This document shows, one piece after another, positions 1-13,219 of a DNA stretch of 64,000 nt. Under the pieces are notes generated by a model, which was not told where the DNA came from, did not search any database, and saw nothing but the letters and a program-made list of their open reading frames with translations. This DNA is from Carcharhinus amblyrhynchos. Taxonomy: Eukaryota. The position numbers were made by a program, and so were the translations under genes. Position 1 is the stretch's first letter. Every line of letters begins with the position of its first letter. Location of the stretch: assembly GCA_965287045.1 (NCBI GenBank), contig OZ336872.1, positions 48,856,001 through 48,920,000 of the forward strand, read 5' to 3'.

Positions 1-235
1 TCCCTGATTGGGCACGAAATCATTACCTCAATCAGGGAGCTGATATTCTAAGAGACCAGCCTCATAGGTCTCATTGAGGTCATTACATTAATGGAGCAAT
101 TAACAGGTGTTTTCTCAGGGGACTATGTCGGGAGCTCATGAACTCCTAGTAACAGCAAGTCAGTGCCATGGAAATAATATCCACCAACATGTTTAAGGAC
201 CAAATCAACAAAACTGAAGTTAGGTCATTTGTTTA

Positions 236-517
236 AAGTTTATTTTTAGTGTCACAAGTAGGCTTACATAAACGCTGCAATGAAGTTATTGTGAAAATCC
301 CCTAGTCACCACACTCTGGCACTTGTACACACTGAGAGAGAATTTAGTGTGGCCAAAGCACCTAACTTTAGGAATGTGGGAAGAAACCGGAGCCCAAGGA
401 GGAAACCGGAGCAGACATGGGGAGAAAGGGTAGACTCCGCACAGACAGTGACCCAAGCTGGAAATCGAACCTGAGTCCCTGGCGTTGTGAGACACCAATG
501 CTAACCACTGTGCCACC
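236..517 (-). mobile_element. tRNA-derived V-SINE with an alternative (non-CR1) 3' tail
   Basis: Reverse complement shows A-box GGTGGCACAGTGGTTAGCA, B-box GGTTCGATTTCC, the V core (CTCCGGTTTCCTCCTTGGGCTCCGGTTTCTTCCCACA) and tail ACTTCATTGCAGCG...GTAAGCCTACTTGTGACACTAA. Confidence 0.85.
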
Positions 518-1039
518 ATTCCACATTTATAAATAAAGGCTTGCAACTTCATGATTATCTCCCGCAAACTGATATCCCAGCTATTGCTGGTGAGGCAGAG
601 GTGGCTGCCATCTTGTTCAGCCATATCATGCCTTCATGTTGTACGACCCTCTCTCATCACACTCAAGTCACGAAGCTGTTTCACTGTAGACACAGTGATG
701 GCTGCACTCATGTACCGAATCCCCACCCCTCTCCTCCCTCAGTCACAAATTGGATGGCGATCACAGGGGCACTTTCTGAAATGAATACCTCTCAGAAAAT
801 TTTAATGGGGCCATCTTATCGCTATGGCGATCGGAATCATTACCAAAAATGATCCTGCAATCCAGAAAGAAAACATTGGGTGAAATAATTCAGTTCAGTA
901 ACTGGGGTAAGAACAGATCTGGTCCAGATAAATTGAAATCAAAGACCGGGAGGCAAAACTGTAACTGAAAAATGAGCTGTCTTTATAGAAGAAACAATAC
1001 AAGTACAATACAAGTATATTATGATAAAAAGGAGGAAGG

Positions 1040-1950
1040 TAGGGCAAACAAATCCATAGTTCCATGGGTGATGAAGGAGATAAAGATTAAGATGAAGCAT
1101 GAAAAGGGATTCCAATGGATGTCATGCGGATAATGCATTGAGAACTGGACCATATATAGAAGACTCAGAGAGTAGCAAAGAGAGAGTATGAGAAGAGGTT
1201 GATAGCTAACATAAGAGAAAATCCCAAAGTTTTTTATAGGCATATAAATAGTAAAACAGTGGGAAAGGAGGAGTGGGGCTGAATTGGGATGAAAAAGGGG
1301 ATTTTTGCAGCAAGGCAGTGAGCATGGCTATGGTATTAAATAAACACTTTGCATCTGTCTTTATCTGTCTACATAGGTTATCGTGAAAGGGGACATATTT
1401 CACACACTTGAAAGGTTTGAGATTAATAAGAATGTGGTAATAGATAGGCTGTCATTACTTCAAGTTGACAAGGCACTGGGACCAGATGAAGTCCATCCAA
1501 GGATACTGAGGGAAGTAAGAGTGGAAATTGCAGAGACACTGCCCATAGTTTTCTAATCATCTCCAGACTCGGGGTGGTAAATGTTACATCCTTGTTTAGA
1601 AAGAGATACAAAGATGAACCCAGCACCAACAGGTCAGACAGCTTAACTTTGATGGGTGGGAAGCTTTCAGAAACAATAATGCAGAACAAAATAATTCATC
1701 ACTTGGACTAATGTGGTTTAATTAAGAAAAGCCAGCAAGGATTTGTTAAGGCGAAATAAGTTTTTGAAGTAACAAAGAAGGTTGATGAGGGTAATGTTGT
1801 TGATGTGGTGCACATGGACTTCCAGAAGGCATTCGAGGAAGTGTCACACAACAGACTGGTGATTAAAGTTATAGCTCATGGAATAAAAAGACAATGGCAA
1901 GCAACATGGATATAGAATTGGCTGAGTGACATGAAACAAAGACCAGAATT
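1040..1950 (+). mobile_element. Decayed CR1 LINE ORF2 fragment
   Basis: Translates, with stops and frameshifts, to ENPKVFYRHI, VDKALGPDEVHPRILRE and VDEGNVVDVVHMDFQKAFEEVSHNRL, all typical CR1 RT N-terminal motifs. Confidence 0.85.
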
Positions 1951-2589
1951 TTATATTCAGAGCAAAATTGAATCAGATATGTTAGAGTTCTTTCTGGCAT
2001 CATCATGCACATGTGCAATTTCAAGGTTGGTTGGCTCACTCGAGAGTTGGATGCATGAATGCTGACAATTAAAGTGCCAATTAAAGCCATTAATGAGAAA
2101 GTCATAAGCGATTTGATGGTGCCTGTGTGATTTCCAGCTTATTGCACAGGCAAAATAGGTGGATAGAAACCACATTTTCATCATTTTCTCATCCAAGGGC
2201 TGGATAAGAGCCCCCCCCCCAAACACAAGCACTTTCACTCTCATTACGAGTTAGGCGTTATGTCACCACAGAGTCATCCCAAAGTGTCTTTCGATTTCAG
2301 TAGCCTTTCCGGATTTCAGGACCATAGCTTCTCTGGAAGATTTCCCTAAGGATTGCATAAGGATGTTCATGAATTTACAAGACACAGGTTCTCTGCATCT
2401 GATTTAATGGGGATAGTGTATTCAGCTGCTGGGATCTCCTCTGAAGAGGAAGAGAGGGATAGGAGAGAGAGTAGGCCAGGTGAGCACAAGCAGGATCACA
2501 AGAAGACCTATAACAGGAGGGGAACACAGGCTCTGTTGTTGGTGTTGGGCCAGCAGGGAGGTCAATGCAAAATAATCTACCAAAGATAC

Positions 2590-2840
2590 CATTACTCAGC
2601 AGCTAGAGTCTACAGGTAATGCTCCAACTTCATCCAAATGTTAGAAGTCCAGTGCCACAGGAATTTCTGCCTCTCTAGGGATACAGTGACAGAAACATGC
2701 CACAGGATTGGTCCAGTTGCGTGGAAGGACACCCCATGCCAGTGGCTTTGAAAGTCACTATGGCTCTCAATTTCTATGCGTACAGTTTTTTTTCAGGGCT
2801 CAGTGTAAGATCTGTGTGGTGTACCTCAAACTGGTGCTTA
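2590..2840 (+). pseudogene. PIF/Harbinger transposase relic (N-terminal and HTH region)
   Basis: Reads YSAARVYR*CSNFIQMLEVQCHRNFCLSRDTVTETCHRIGP, then GHPMPVALKVTMALNFYAYSFF, a frameshift in a T8 run, and QGSV*DLCGVPQ. This matches the Harbinger/HARBI1 motif ALxFYATGSFQxxxGDLxGxSQ. Confidence 0.75.
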
Positions 2841-3667
2841 GTTCCAACATTGGCACAATTGTAATATTTAATGGAGGGTGCTCACAGTCACAGACAGTTC
2901 CTGTGAATGGTGCAGGAGGAAGGGAAAGTATCAGTACATTCAATCATCTTTGTCAGAATGCTTGTTCGGCGGACTGATATGAGAATGCAGACCTGCGACA
3001 TGGTGCCATCTGCATTGGAGCTTCAATACACACTCTGGCTCTGCCTTTTACTTTTCAGATGAGCAGACTCCATAATGCTTGCTGTACCCACTACCCAAAC
3101 ACCTGTGAACTGTACTCTTTGCCCAAGGCCCACATCACAACCTGAGGAGCGATCTAGCCATTGGCAATCCAGGTCCACTGCGTCATTCTCATGTTTGACA
3201 ATAATGATGAAATCTCAGTTCATTGGTGGGTTTCTAGTTGAGTTAGCTTCTCAAATTGGGCAACACTTTTATTCTGATGAGGGAGAGGGGGAGAGTGTAA
3301 TGTTCAACTTGTTTCCTGTGCTGAAAACTTTCTTGACACCACCTATGCCACTTGCAATCACTCTCACAGTTGGGAAGCCTTGCCTTGAAATGTTTTACCC
3401 ATGTGTATTTCCAAGAAGTTTTGGGTGGGCTTGTCCTGTGATAGCCATTGTTTCAATATGTAGTACTTTGCATTTTTAGAATGTCTTCCTTAGACAGTTA
3501 AAGTTCTGGTGGGTGTCTGGATTATAGCAAATGTCTCTCTCTTTACAGTTCCATCAGAGTGATTTATTGGTTTCTCACCTTGATCTTGGAATGTGGTCTT
3601 GTATTTTAAAAGAAGTTTGCACTGTCTCAGTTCAAATTACAAAATGTGCAGTCAGTTGAAAGATCAT

Positions 3668-3960
3668 GGCTGAGATTCTACCCAAAAAGAACTAAGCTCT
3701 CAATGTGCAGGAAAATGGGAGTAAATTCCAATGGTTTTTTTAGAGTGATTTCTAGAATGAATCTCCCATACTCTATGCATCACAGAATGCCTCAGCGCAA
3801 TTCACTCTGAAAATCGGGGCGAGGCCTATTCCTGCCCAAGAGGCCAGCAGCATAGCGCTGAGCAGCCACTGCGCTTGCACTGATCCCCGTGCTGACAGAT
3901 CAGTGTATGTGCACTGACCCTGCTTTGTCGGTCTCCTAATCACTGGCCAGCTCCATAATC
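3668..3960 (+). mobile_element. GC-rich MITE, truncated; same family as 7279-8100 and 12228-13219
   Basis: Starts GGCTGAGATTCTACCC and shares internal GGCCTATTCCTGC and CACTGGCCAGC with the other copies. Confidence 0.7.
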
Positions 3961-4019
3961 CCCCAAATTCCTGAAGTGGCATATTGTTTAAGATGTTAAC
4001 AACATAGGTGTGTTAGTTT

Positions 4020-4830
4020 CTGAGGAAAGGTCATCACCCTGAAACGTGAGCTGAATCTTGCTGGCATTGGTGAAATCCTGCTGCCTAGACCAAAGGGTAA
4101 GAGATAACCCTGTGCTGGCTGCTGGCAGCCATTGAACAGCACGCTGCCAGGACTCCTGTCCAGCTAAAGGCAGAGTCCGGCCTCCTAGAGCTATTGACCT
4201 AGTCAGAGGATAGACATCACAGCAACCTCGGTAGCAACACAAATAGTGATGATCATAACCAAGGCTTTGAGAACCTCTATGGCAAAATGCCATCAAAAAG
4301 ATCAACTAAGTTTCTTTCAGTAAGCTGAGATCACCAGGCAGGCAGGTCTCTGTCATCAAGGGAGGAGGTTTCATATTGGGATGATGCCATTTTAACCATT
4401 GGGTCAGCCATTGCCACCTGGCCATCTCTTCATGAGCAAATAAACAGCCACAAAGGAAAATACACTCCCCCCACCGCCCTTGGGAACCCATTAAGGGAGC
4501 TGCCAGGGCTTATCTGATCATCTTTTCCCAACACATCTGAGGACCCTCCCAACATGGGTAGTTTCTGGTCAGGGTGGGAACTGGCCCTTAATTGGGTCCT
4601 TAAGTGGTTCAATTAGCCATCCAATGGACAGCTGCACCATGAAGACTCTCAGCGCTGGTGTTATGCTATAGCAAGTGAAAAATGTTGGGCTCCCCTTCTG
4701 ACTCTTTCACTGACAATATGACCATCCCTCCCACCCCGCTGCCTGTCAAAGTATGGTGAGGCAAATTCATTCCATTTATTCTCTCCAGAGATGCTATCAG
4801 AGCTGCTGAATATTTCCAGCATTTTATGTT
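4020..4830 (+). mobile_element. Penelope-type repeat arm (4020-4047 plus 4774-4830) split by a ~720 bp MITE-like insertion
   Basis: CTGAGGAAAGGTCATCACCCTGAAACG rejoins to TTCTCTCCAGAGATGCTATCAGAGCTGCTGAATATTTCCAGCATTTT, colinear with the right arm of the 26582 palindrome. The insert ends (GAGCTGAATCTTGC ... GGCAAATTCATTCC) resemble the MITE TIRs. Confidence 0.6.
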
Positions 4831-5775
4831 CAGGGTACCCATTTTAACCCACACGAGTTTCCTTCAATCATCTTCAATAATATTGTTATGAACAGGAGGG
4901 GTTTTAACTTAAACAATCTCCATTTCTCTTCCCACCACCCCGTCATAAACCAAAAGGCGTTTTTTGATTTGCTTCTCCCTTTATAAACAGTGGTGTATTT
5001 CTTCTTGGTTTTTGTGTCATACAATTTTTATTAATAACCCCACGGCAAACTCAAGATAGGGTGAACTCAGAGGGTTAGCTGATGTGCACATACTTAAAAT
5101 GCAATGTCACTGTTCTAGATCTGGGTGAGAGTCAGATGGGGTGGGGGAGGGTGGGTGTGATAGGCAGTAAACTGTGAGAAAACTGAGTCAATTTCAAAGG
5201 CCTTTCAATTGTTGTAAGAAGATGAGATTTTAATTAACTTCCTAAATCTGACCAGAGATAATTTTACATATATTTTTTTCAATGATAATAACTAATTGTA
5301 ATGAATAAAAAGATGAGAAACAAGAATGTTACAAAAAGCTGATGGAGTATAAACAAGTGAAATTAATCTGAAATCTTAAGAGAAATAAATGTATAATTTA
5401 ATTAAGAATTCAATGCTTGGACTGCGTACTGCATAATCCTGCAGTGAAAAGGGGAAACTGCAAATACATGTCGTTTTAATGAAAAAATAAATTTGAAGAC
5501 TCTGCATGGAAAGCGCAAGGCTTTAATCCCAGAAGTGCGACCTTGGGAAGTGCACAGATGATCTGTATCAAACCTCTGAACCATATTGGAGCTGTATATG
5601 TTTCCATTTCCTTCCTGGCTCCACTCTCCAAGCATTTATGAGACACTGGAACTCCTTCAAAAGAAGTTAGAAAATTAGTCATGCTTGAAAGAGACCATTT
5701 TGTCTTTGTGACTACCAGAGAATTGGAAAAATGCATTTCTGTTTAGAACTCTGGGAGCGAAAAGGATGTAATAAA

Positions 5776-6095
5776 ACATACACAGACAGAAAGAAACAAA
5801 CACACAGATTGACAACCACGCATACACACACACATAAACACACACATATTAACATGCACATACACACATTAACACACACCTGTACATGAGACACACGTAA
5901 ACACACATATTCATAAATACACATACAGTTAAACACAAACATATAAACACATAGAAACGTAAGGACACACATACGCACATCAAAACACATAAACACACAC
6001 ACAAATAAACACACAAGCAAAAAACATTTACACATGCACAAACGCAAACACTTGCATGCATAAAAAAAACACATAAAAATCACACACACATCCAC
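5776..6095. repeat. Degenerate (CA)n-rich simple repeat
   Basis: About 320 bp of interrupted CA/ACAT repeats. Confidence 0.9.
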
Positions 6096-7278
6096 CCGCC
6101 AAGATGAAATGTGTCAGGGGGTGTTCAGAATAGATGATCATTAAGCAAACAGCAGTCAACTGGACAAAGAGAAAAATGCTCAAGGAAATAATTTTGTGTT
6201 TAAACATCTTTCACGAAAAGTATTCAAGCCCCACCAAATAGCTCCCTCAACCAACAAAGGTCTTTCTTATCAAAGGTAGCCTAGTGAAGTAACACTTCAT
6301 TGCACTAACCACAGAATAGGAAAATACAGATATTAGCCTACACAGTGGCTCAGATTTTTGCTCCAAAAGCTGGGATGAACTGGGAAATTTTCTGGCTTAT
6401 TGCGCCTGCCTTGGGAAAAAGTGCCTGCATTCCCAAATGGCACTTTTGTTTGGTAGTGGGTGCGGTAGCAGGGATGTTGTTGCCTACTGGTGTTGGGCTC
6501 TATTGACCCTAGATATAGATTGGAGGCAGCCATGGGGACTGTTAATTGCTATGACAGGCTAGTTATAAGGCCTGCTTCAGTGCTATGGGGCTTTATCACT
6601 GTAGTGTTGATTAATTTTTAAGTCCACTAGCCTACCGGTCTTCACCCCTGACATCCCCAGCCACCTCCATGCAGTATCATGCCATAATATGACTCTCCAC
6701 CAACTGCCATGGTTCCTTATAATCCTTATGCCAATTTAGTGTTGACTCATGCCAAGATACGAACCTCCCCACTCATCCCATTGCCCCTTGAAGAGCCTTT
6801 CAAAGATTTGTGAGCATTTATGCCAACCTATTCATCCTTCAACATCTTATAGCTTCTATTCTAATTTAGTACCAGCTCACGTTAATACATAACCTCTCCC
6901 CACCCACCATATTTTTTTCTTACATGCTCCATGCCAAGTCACCCAGTATCCATGATGAGCAGACCTCAGAAGCCATGCTGAGAAGAAACAAAAGGACAAA
7001 ATAAAGGACAAAATGTTACAATCATGCCAGCAGCAGCTTTCATGGTAAATGGGAGTGGAAAATTTGTTCTTTTTTGTATGTGACCATGCACACAATCTTG
7101 GGTGCGGTCCACATGGGACATGGAGATATCAACACTTTTAGATTCCAGGGAGGACTGGAATTTTTCTTTTTAACTCATTTACTGGATTTGGGCATTGCTA
7201 GCTAGGCCATTTCCTTAGAATAATTGTCATGATCTAACTATATTAGTGATTGCGGTTTTAAACAAAAAGTAAAAGATG

Positions 7279-8100
7279 TGGGCTGGAATCTCCCCAAACA
7301 TTCGAAGTGCCAAATTCACATAAAAACTGGAGTAAATCCCACAGGCTTTTTCAGCACAAGTTTCAAAATGAATCTCTCACAGAGTGGCCTAGCGTGATTC
7401 ACGATAAATATATGGGGGTGGGGCCTATTCCTGCTGGAGGGGCAGGCAGCATATAACAGAGTGCCGATTTGTCATAGCGGAAATTGGTGAATGCGCAGTA
7501 GTCGTGCACTGCCCGCCTCCCAGTCACTGGCCAGCTTGATTGCTGGCTAGCCCCACAACCCTGCATGACTGCCCTTCTGACCACCTCCTCTCCAAGCCCC
7601 GATCGCTCCAGACGTCTCCAGGCCAGCCCCAGCGCGTTCCCCAACCTGCGTCAATTTTCCGATTCCTTCCTCATCCACCAGCAGCTCTGACATCACACCC
7701 CCCCCCCACTTCCCCTGCAGTCCCGACAATCCCCTCCAGTCTCAAACCCCCCCCTCCCCTGCAGCCCTAAGCTTCCTGCAAGCCAACAACCCCCCATCCC
7801 GATAGCCACCCTCCTTCTACCACCGATCCCAAATACAGAGCGGCAACAGGATCCCCCAGCCTCACCGACCTCCCTGCAAAGGCCTCTCCTCACCCAATAG
7901 GTCCCTCTCTGGCCCCATCCCCTTGGTATTGCCTGATGCCCGGCGTGCCAGGTGACACCTTGGCATTGCCAAATTTCCCTTTGGACAGTGCCAAATGGCA
8001 CTGTTAGGCTCGCAATGCTCATGGGGCAACCCCTTTCTCCAACCTCCATGGGGGCCGCCATGGCTTTGCTTCACTTCGATGGGAGAGTTGGGCTGCCACT
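7279..8100 (+). mobile_element. GC-rich MITE (putative non-autonomous Harbinger), right end deleted
   Basis: Begins GGGCTGGAATCTCC and is the reverse-complement homologue of 12228-13219. Confidence 0.7.
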
Positions 8101-8807
8101 CCCTGATGGCGGAGCATTGTGGAGTGAACCTCAGTTTGAATAGTGTAAGAAATTGGACCTGTTTTTGCTTAAACTATGGCTAGTACCCATTTCTCACTTG
8201 TGGCATAAACACACACTAACACTCAAACTCCTTGCTGAAATAAGTGTTGTTTTACCCTCATGTCTTGTCTCACAACTTGAGATTTTAGTTGACAGTCCAA
8301 TCCCCCTAAAGTTTCTGGAGGTAATAACGTATCAAACTTAGTTTTCAACTTTCTCTTTAAAAATAGTAATGCAGGTGAACATTGGGTCATCGCATGAGTA
8401 GTGTTCTATACGATGCCAAAAAGCTATTCACATTATGTGATAATAAACCTTGCTGTTTTGAAGGTTTTAAAGAATGTTTCAAAGATTATACAACTCTTTC
8501 ATTGGTTGATGGATAATAAGGTGTAGATTTTATATGATGAGTATCATTTACTTTGAGACAATCCTGTTGTGAAGTAGCTGTGAACCATTATCACTTATAA
8601 TCTATTCCAGTTTATGAAATCTTGCAAAAAATTTGTCACTTTTTTAATGGTTTGTTCTGGTGTAGTAAATCTCATGATAACTTCTAGCCATTCTGAATGT
8701 GCATTGTTTATGATGAAGAACATGTAACTCTCAAGTGGACCAGCATAACCTACTTGCAATCATTGTCGTGGCATTCTAGGCCACTTCCAATGGCAAAAAG
8801 GGACAAT

Positions 8808-9141
8808 GGGTGGCACAGTGGTACACTCGTTAACACTGCTAGGCTCGATTTCAGCCATGGGTGACTGTGTAGCATTTGCACATCCTCTCTGTGTCTGTGT
8901 GAGTTTCCTCTGGGTGCTCCGCTTTCCTCCCACAGTCCAAAGATGTGCAGGTTAGGTGGATTGGCCACGCTAAATTGTCCCTTAGTGTCCAAAGATGTGT
9001 AGGTTGGGGGGATTAGCCATGGTAAATGCACAGGGTTATGGGGCTAGGGCAGGCCGATGGGGGGTGGGCCGAGGTAAGATTCTGAGTCGATGGGCCAAAT
9101 AGCCTTCATCTGCACTACAGGACTTCCATGATTCTATGATT
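8808..9141 (+). mobile_element. HE1-type V-SINE inserted in the Gypsy integrase
   Basis: tRNA-like head, V core (GTTTCCTCTGGGTGCTCCGCTTTCCTCCCACAGTCCAAAGATGTG) and CR1-type tail ending ATGATTCTATGATT. Confidence 0.9.
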
Positions 9142-11735
9142 TCACATTCATGCACAGAACTAATGTTGTCCCACATTTTCTTCAATCTGATTGTCCAGAC
9201 CAGGCCACCAAAAATAACTATGAGCTAATGCCTTCATCTGGATAATAGCAGGATATCCTTCATGTAGTTGTTCAAGAACTCTTTCACACAGTCTAGGAGG
9301 AATGATCACTCAGATTCTCCACAGTAGAGACCCACACTGGAATGTCAACTCAATCTTTATTGACACAGATGGTTTCAAATCAGGATGCAGATGATGCATC
9401 CCAGCTATCATTCCTTCCAACACCATATCCACCACCTTCCCATTTCAGGATCATTTCTGGTATGTCACTAAGCTTGAGAAGCTGTCCAATGATCTACTTG
9501 TGAAAAATAAAAAAAATCACAAAACTAGTTGGCGGCATCTGCTCAATAGGTAAAGGTAAGTGTGATAATGCATAAGCATTAGCATGGCATTCTGATTGAC
9601 AATACTTTATACCATGGAGTGTGCAGATAAGATCAGTAACTCCTAGGCTAGCAGCTAATGAGTTCTGTCTTCATACGGTCCAAAAACAATAGTTAAGCAT
9701 TAAAGATCAGTCAATAATGTGAAACATCAACCACATAAATAATGATAAAACCTTCTAACGTCAAGAAATATAGTCAATGCTTCTTTTCCTAGCTGAGCAT
9801 AGTTAGATTCAGCACTAGTCAAAGTATGTGAAGCAAAAGCTATTTGCCATTCTTCTCCCAAAGGATATGTGCAATATGTGAAACAACTGTTCCTACTCCA
9901 CATGGCGAAGCATTGCAAGCAAACAGTGGTGGTAACTTTGGATTAAAATGAACCAATACTTCAAACTTCTGCAAAGCATCTTTGACATCCTTATATGCTT
10001 TCTCACGCTTTGTTATCCAGTCCTCTGACATTTTAACATGTAGTTAATTATGCAATGGCTTCAATAGAGTCACTAAGTTAAGAACAAATTTGCTGTAACA
10101 ATTTACTAACCCTAGAAAATATCACAATTGCATCACATTCATCGGATGTGATGCTTCTAAGATTGCACCACCTTTTATGTAGGTCTTTACTATCAATAAA
10201 ACAACCCAAATACTGGACTGACATCTGAAAAAAGTCACAATTTTCTTTCTAGATACACAGACCATGTGCTTCTAAGTTATTCAACTGTTCTTGATCACTG
10301 GACTCTGCAATTGGAATATCATCCAAGTAACATTGTATACCAGAGAGACCACTTAAAATCTAATCCATCGATCTTTGGTATAGGGCTGTTGTGGATGTTT
10401 TTCTAAAAGGAAATCTTTTATAATGAGAAAGGCATTTATGAATAATGATAAGCAATGGTTGGGCTACATCCATCTGTAAATATGTTTGTGAAGGATCAAT
10501 CTTGCTCAGCTTCTGTCTATCTGATAACACAGGAAACAAATCTTCAATTAAAAGAAATGGATATTGGTCAGCACACAACACTGGATTTATGATTGCTTTA
10601 AAATCACTACAAATATGAACTGAACCATTTGATTTCATGACAGGTATAATGGGGGTGGCCCAGTCACTCACTGCCACCAGCTCTGCCAAACCAGTGTTAA
10701 TAAGTTGTGCCCATTCTACCTCGACCTTGGGATGAATTTCATGTGACACTGCTCTTGCTTTGAGACTCTTTGGTTGACTATTAAGCTTTATCTTGTTTCA
10801 TTTGAACTCCTTTCATTTAGCCAAGTGTCTCTTTGAATACATTCCAGTATTTATCCAGAAGATGCTGTGAGCCTTCTTTAGCATTGACCAATCTGTTGGC
10901 AACATTCCAGTTAAGTTTTATCTCTGCCAACCATGATCTCCTAAAAAGAACTGGAAAATTACTATGGACCACATGGAGAGGCAACTCCGCTGTTTGTCTA
11001 ATCAACTCTACATTGACCATGATGCAATCTTTTAATGGTATGATTTCTTCTATCCTTAAAATCACATCAGCTAGTTTTAAATGAAGATGTTGCAGCATTC
11101 GTTGATATATTGTCTCAAGAATTAAAGATACAGCAGCACCAGTATCTACTTCCATTCTAATAAACTGTCCACTTAACATTGGAATTACCAAGTATCTATG
11201 TGATTCACCCTGTATGGAAAAGCCATTCAGTTGGAGCTCTTTATCATATTTCTAAACATTCTGTTCTTCATGGTTGTAATTTCTTTCTTTCATGCTGTAA
11301 ATTCTTTTTGTAGAAGGCAACCTCTTCATTTTGAAGGCACCCAATTTCTTCTTTTGACTATTCCTTTCAGGGAAGCTGGTCTACTCCAACAAGCTTTTGT
11401 AATGTGATCCATTTTGCCATGATTCTTGCATTTACTAGCATTGATTCACTAAATAGTCCATTTTGGCACATCTATGACATGCTGATTGCTGTTTTGACTT
11501 ATTATGAGCAGTTCCCAACTTGTGGACCTTCAATCCTGCACCAAATTGTGAAGCTTCTTTAGCAGCTAACTGCATCGACATGTAGCTTCTACTGCTGTCT
11601 TTAAAGTCAAAGCATGTTCAGTAAATAATCTACTTTCGATAGCCTCATTTTGGAGACCACAAACTAGACAATGCCAAAGTGTATCTTCTAATGATTCATA
11701 AGTTATGGTTTTCCTTCACTGGCAGTTCTATTTTT

Positions 11736-12023
11736 AACCATAGAACCATAGAATCCCTACAGTGCAGAAGGCCATTGGGCCTTCCCACCCAGCCCCTATC
11801 CTATAATCCAGCATACATATCCTGACACTAAGGGGCAGTATTGCATGGCCAATCTGTCTAACTAGCATATCGTTGGACTGTGGGAGGAAACCAGAGCACT
11901 TGAAGGAAACCCAAGCAGACATGGGGAGAATGTACAAACTCCACACAGTCAACCCAGCCTGGAATTAAACCTGGGCTGCTGGCGTTGTGAGACAGCAGTG
12001 CTCACCACTCTGCCACCTTGCCA
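11736..12023 (-). mobile_element. HE1-type V-SINE
   Basis: CATAGAACCATAGAATCCCTACAGTGCAGAAGG tail, V core and head, all in reverse complement. Confidence 0.9.
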
Positions 12024-12227
12024 ACCCTGTTGTTGATTTTCTCCAGCCTTCTAATATTCAAAGTGTGTTTTTTTTTACCATTTAGGATATTTCCTTAATG
12101 CTCTTGATGGAACAGAATTCTGACCTGAACAAAATCCAACTGGTGAAAATTGGATATCACCAATTTTCTTATTGTGATATCCTAACTATATTAGGGGTTG
12201 TGGGTTTTAAACAAAAATAAAAAGATG

Positions 12228-13219
12228 CCAGGGCAATTCTCCCAGCCCACTGTGCTGCTCTAGCAATGCAGTGTGCTGGCGAACATCAGTGAAGGCCATT
12301 TTGCAGGCTTCATGCTGGGCGTAATGGCCTCTGTGAGTCTCCACAGCAAAAACTTCAAGTGTAAATAGCTCCACATTGGAAAGTGGTGCAAAGCTTTTAC
12401 AGCACGGAAATCACCATTTCAATATCATTAGTGGGCCCAGGACTGAAGTCTCTTGTCCCACTAGCATCTCCCTGCCCAAGCTCGCCTGGCACCCTGGCAC
12501 TCCCCAAGGGGAAAACTGGCAATGCCCAAGGAGCACCTTGGCACTGCCCACCAGGCAGTGGACAGGGAGGGGACAGGGCCTGCTGTTGGGGGTGATTAGT
12601 GGGGGATGGGAGGAGTGGCCCCGCTGTCACTCTGCACAGGGATCGCAGGCAGAGGAAGGGAGGACAGTGATCAGGGCTGGCCATCCGGGTGGGTGGACAG
12701 TAGGGACCATCGAGGGGGCTGGGACTGGTGGGAGGGTTTCGGGACTATTGGGAGGGGTTGGGGTTGCTGGTGGTGGGGGGAAGGTCAGGAGATTGAGGCT
12801 GGCCAGGTGGGGGGGATTGGGAGATTGCATCTGTCTGGGGGTGCAGAAGGAGACATTGGAGCATGATGGGGATTGGGTGGCTGGGGCTTTGTAAGGCCAG
12901 CAATGGGGATTGCGGGGCTGGCAGGCGATCCGGCTGGCCAGTAATCAGGAGGCTAGCAATGTGGGATCACTGCACATGTGCCGATCCTGCTGCTGACAGA
13001 CCAGCACATGCACAGTGACCCACTCAGTGCTATGCTGCCAATCTCTCAGGTGGGAATAGGCCCTGCATCAGATTTTCAGAAGGAATGCTGGTAGGGCAGT
13101 CTGTGGTATATAAATTGTTGGAGCTCTATTGTGGAAATCACACTGAAGAAACCAATGGGAGTTACTCCCATTTTCCCACAAACTGGGGATTTAGAGTTTT
13201 TTGGGGAGAATCCCAGCCT
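12228..13219 (-). mobile_element. Full-length ~1 kb GC-rich MITE (putative non-autonomous Harbinger)
   Basis: Imperfect TIRs CAGGGCAATTCTCCC ... GGGGAGAATCCCAGCC; homologous to the 3668 and 7279 copies; no credible ORF. Confidence 0.7.

Noticed and set aside
1-87. Possible solo-LTR end with an internal inverted repeat TCCCTGATTG/CAATCAGGGA
   Set aside because: Truncated by the window edge and cannot be classified from this sequence.
5712-6095. Cys/Val-rich ORFs
   Set aside because: Translation artefact of the CA/TG simple repeat.
10360-11191. Domesticated or active retroviral-like protease/RT gene
   Set aside because: The Gypsy pol is broken by many stops, frameshifts and nested insertions.
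12376-12894. 172-aa Gly-rich ORF and overlapping ORFs (also at 7400-8180 and 39985-40534)
   Set aside because: They lie in GC-rich MITEs where stop codons are rare, and show no domain-like sequence.
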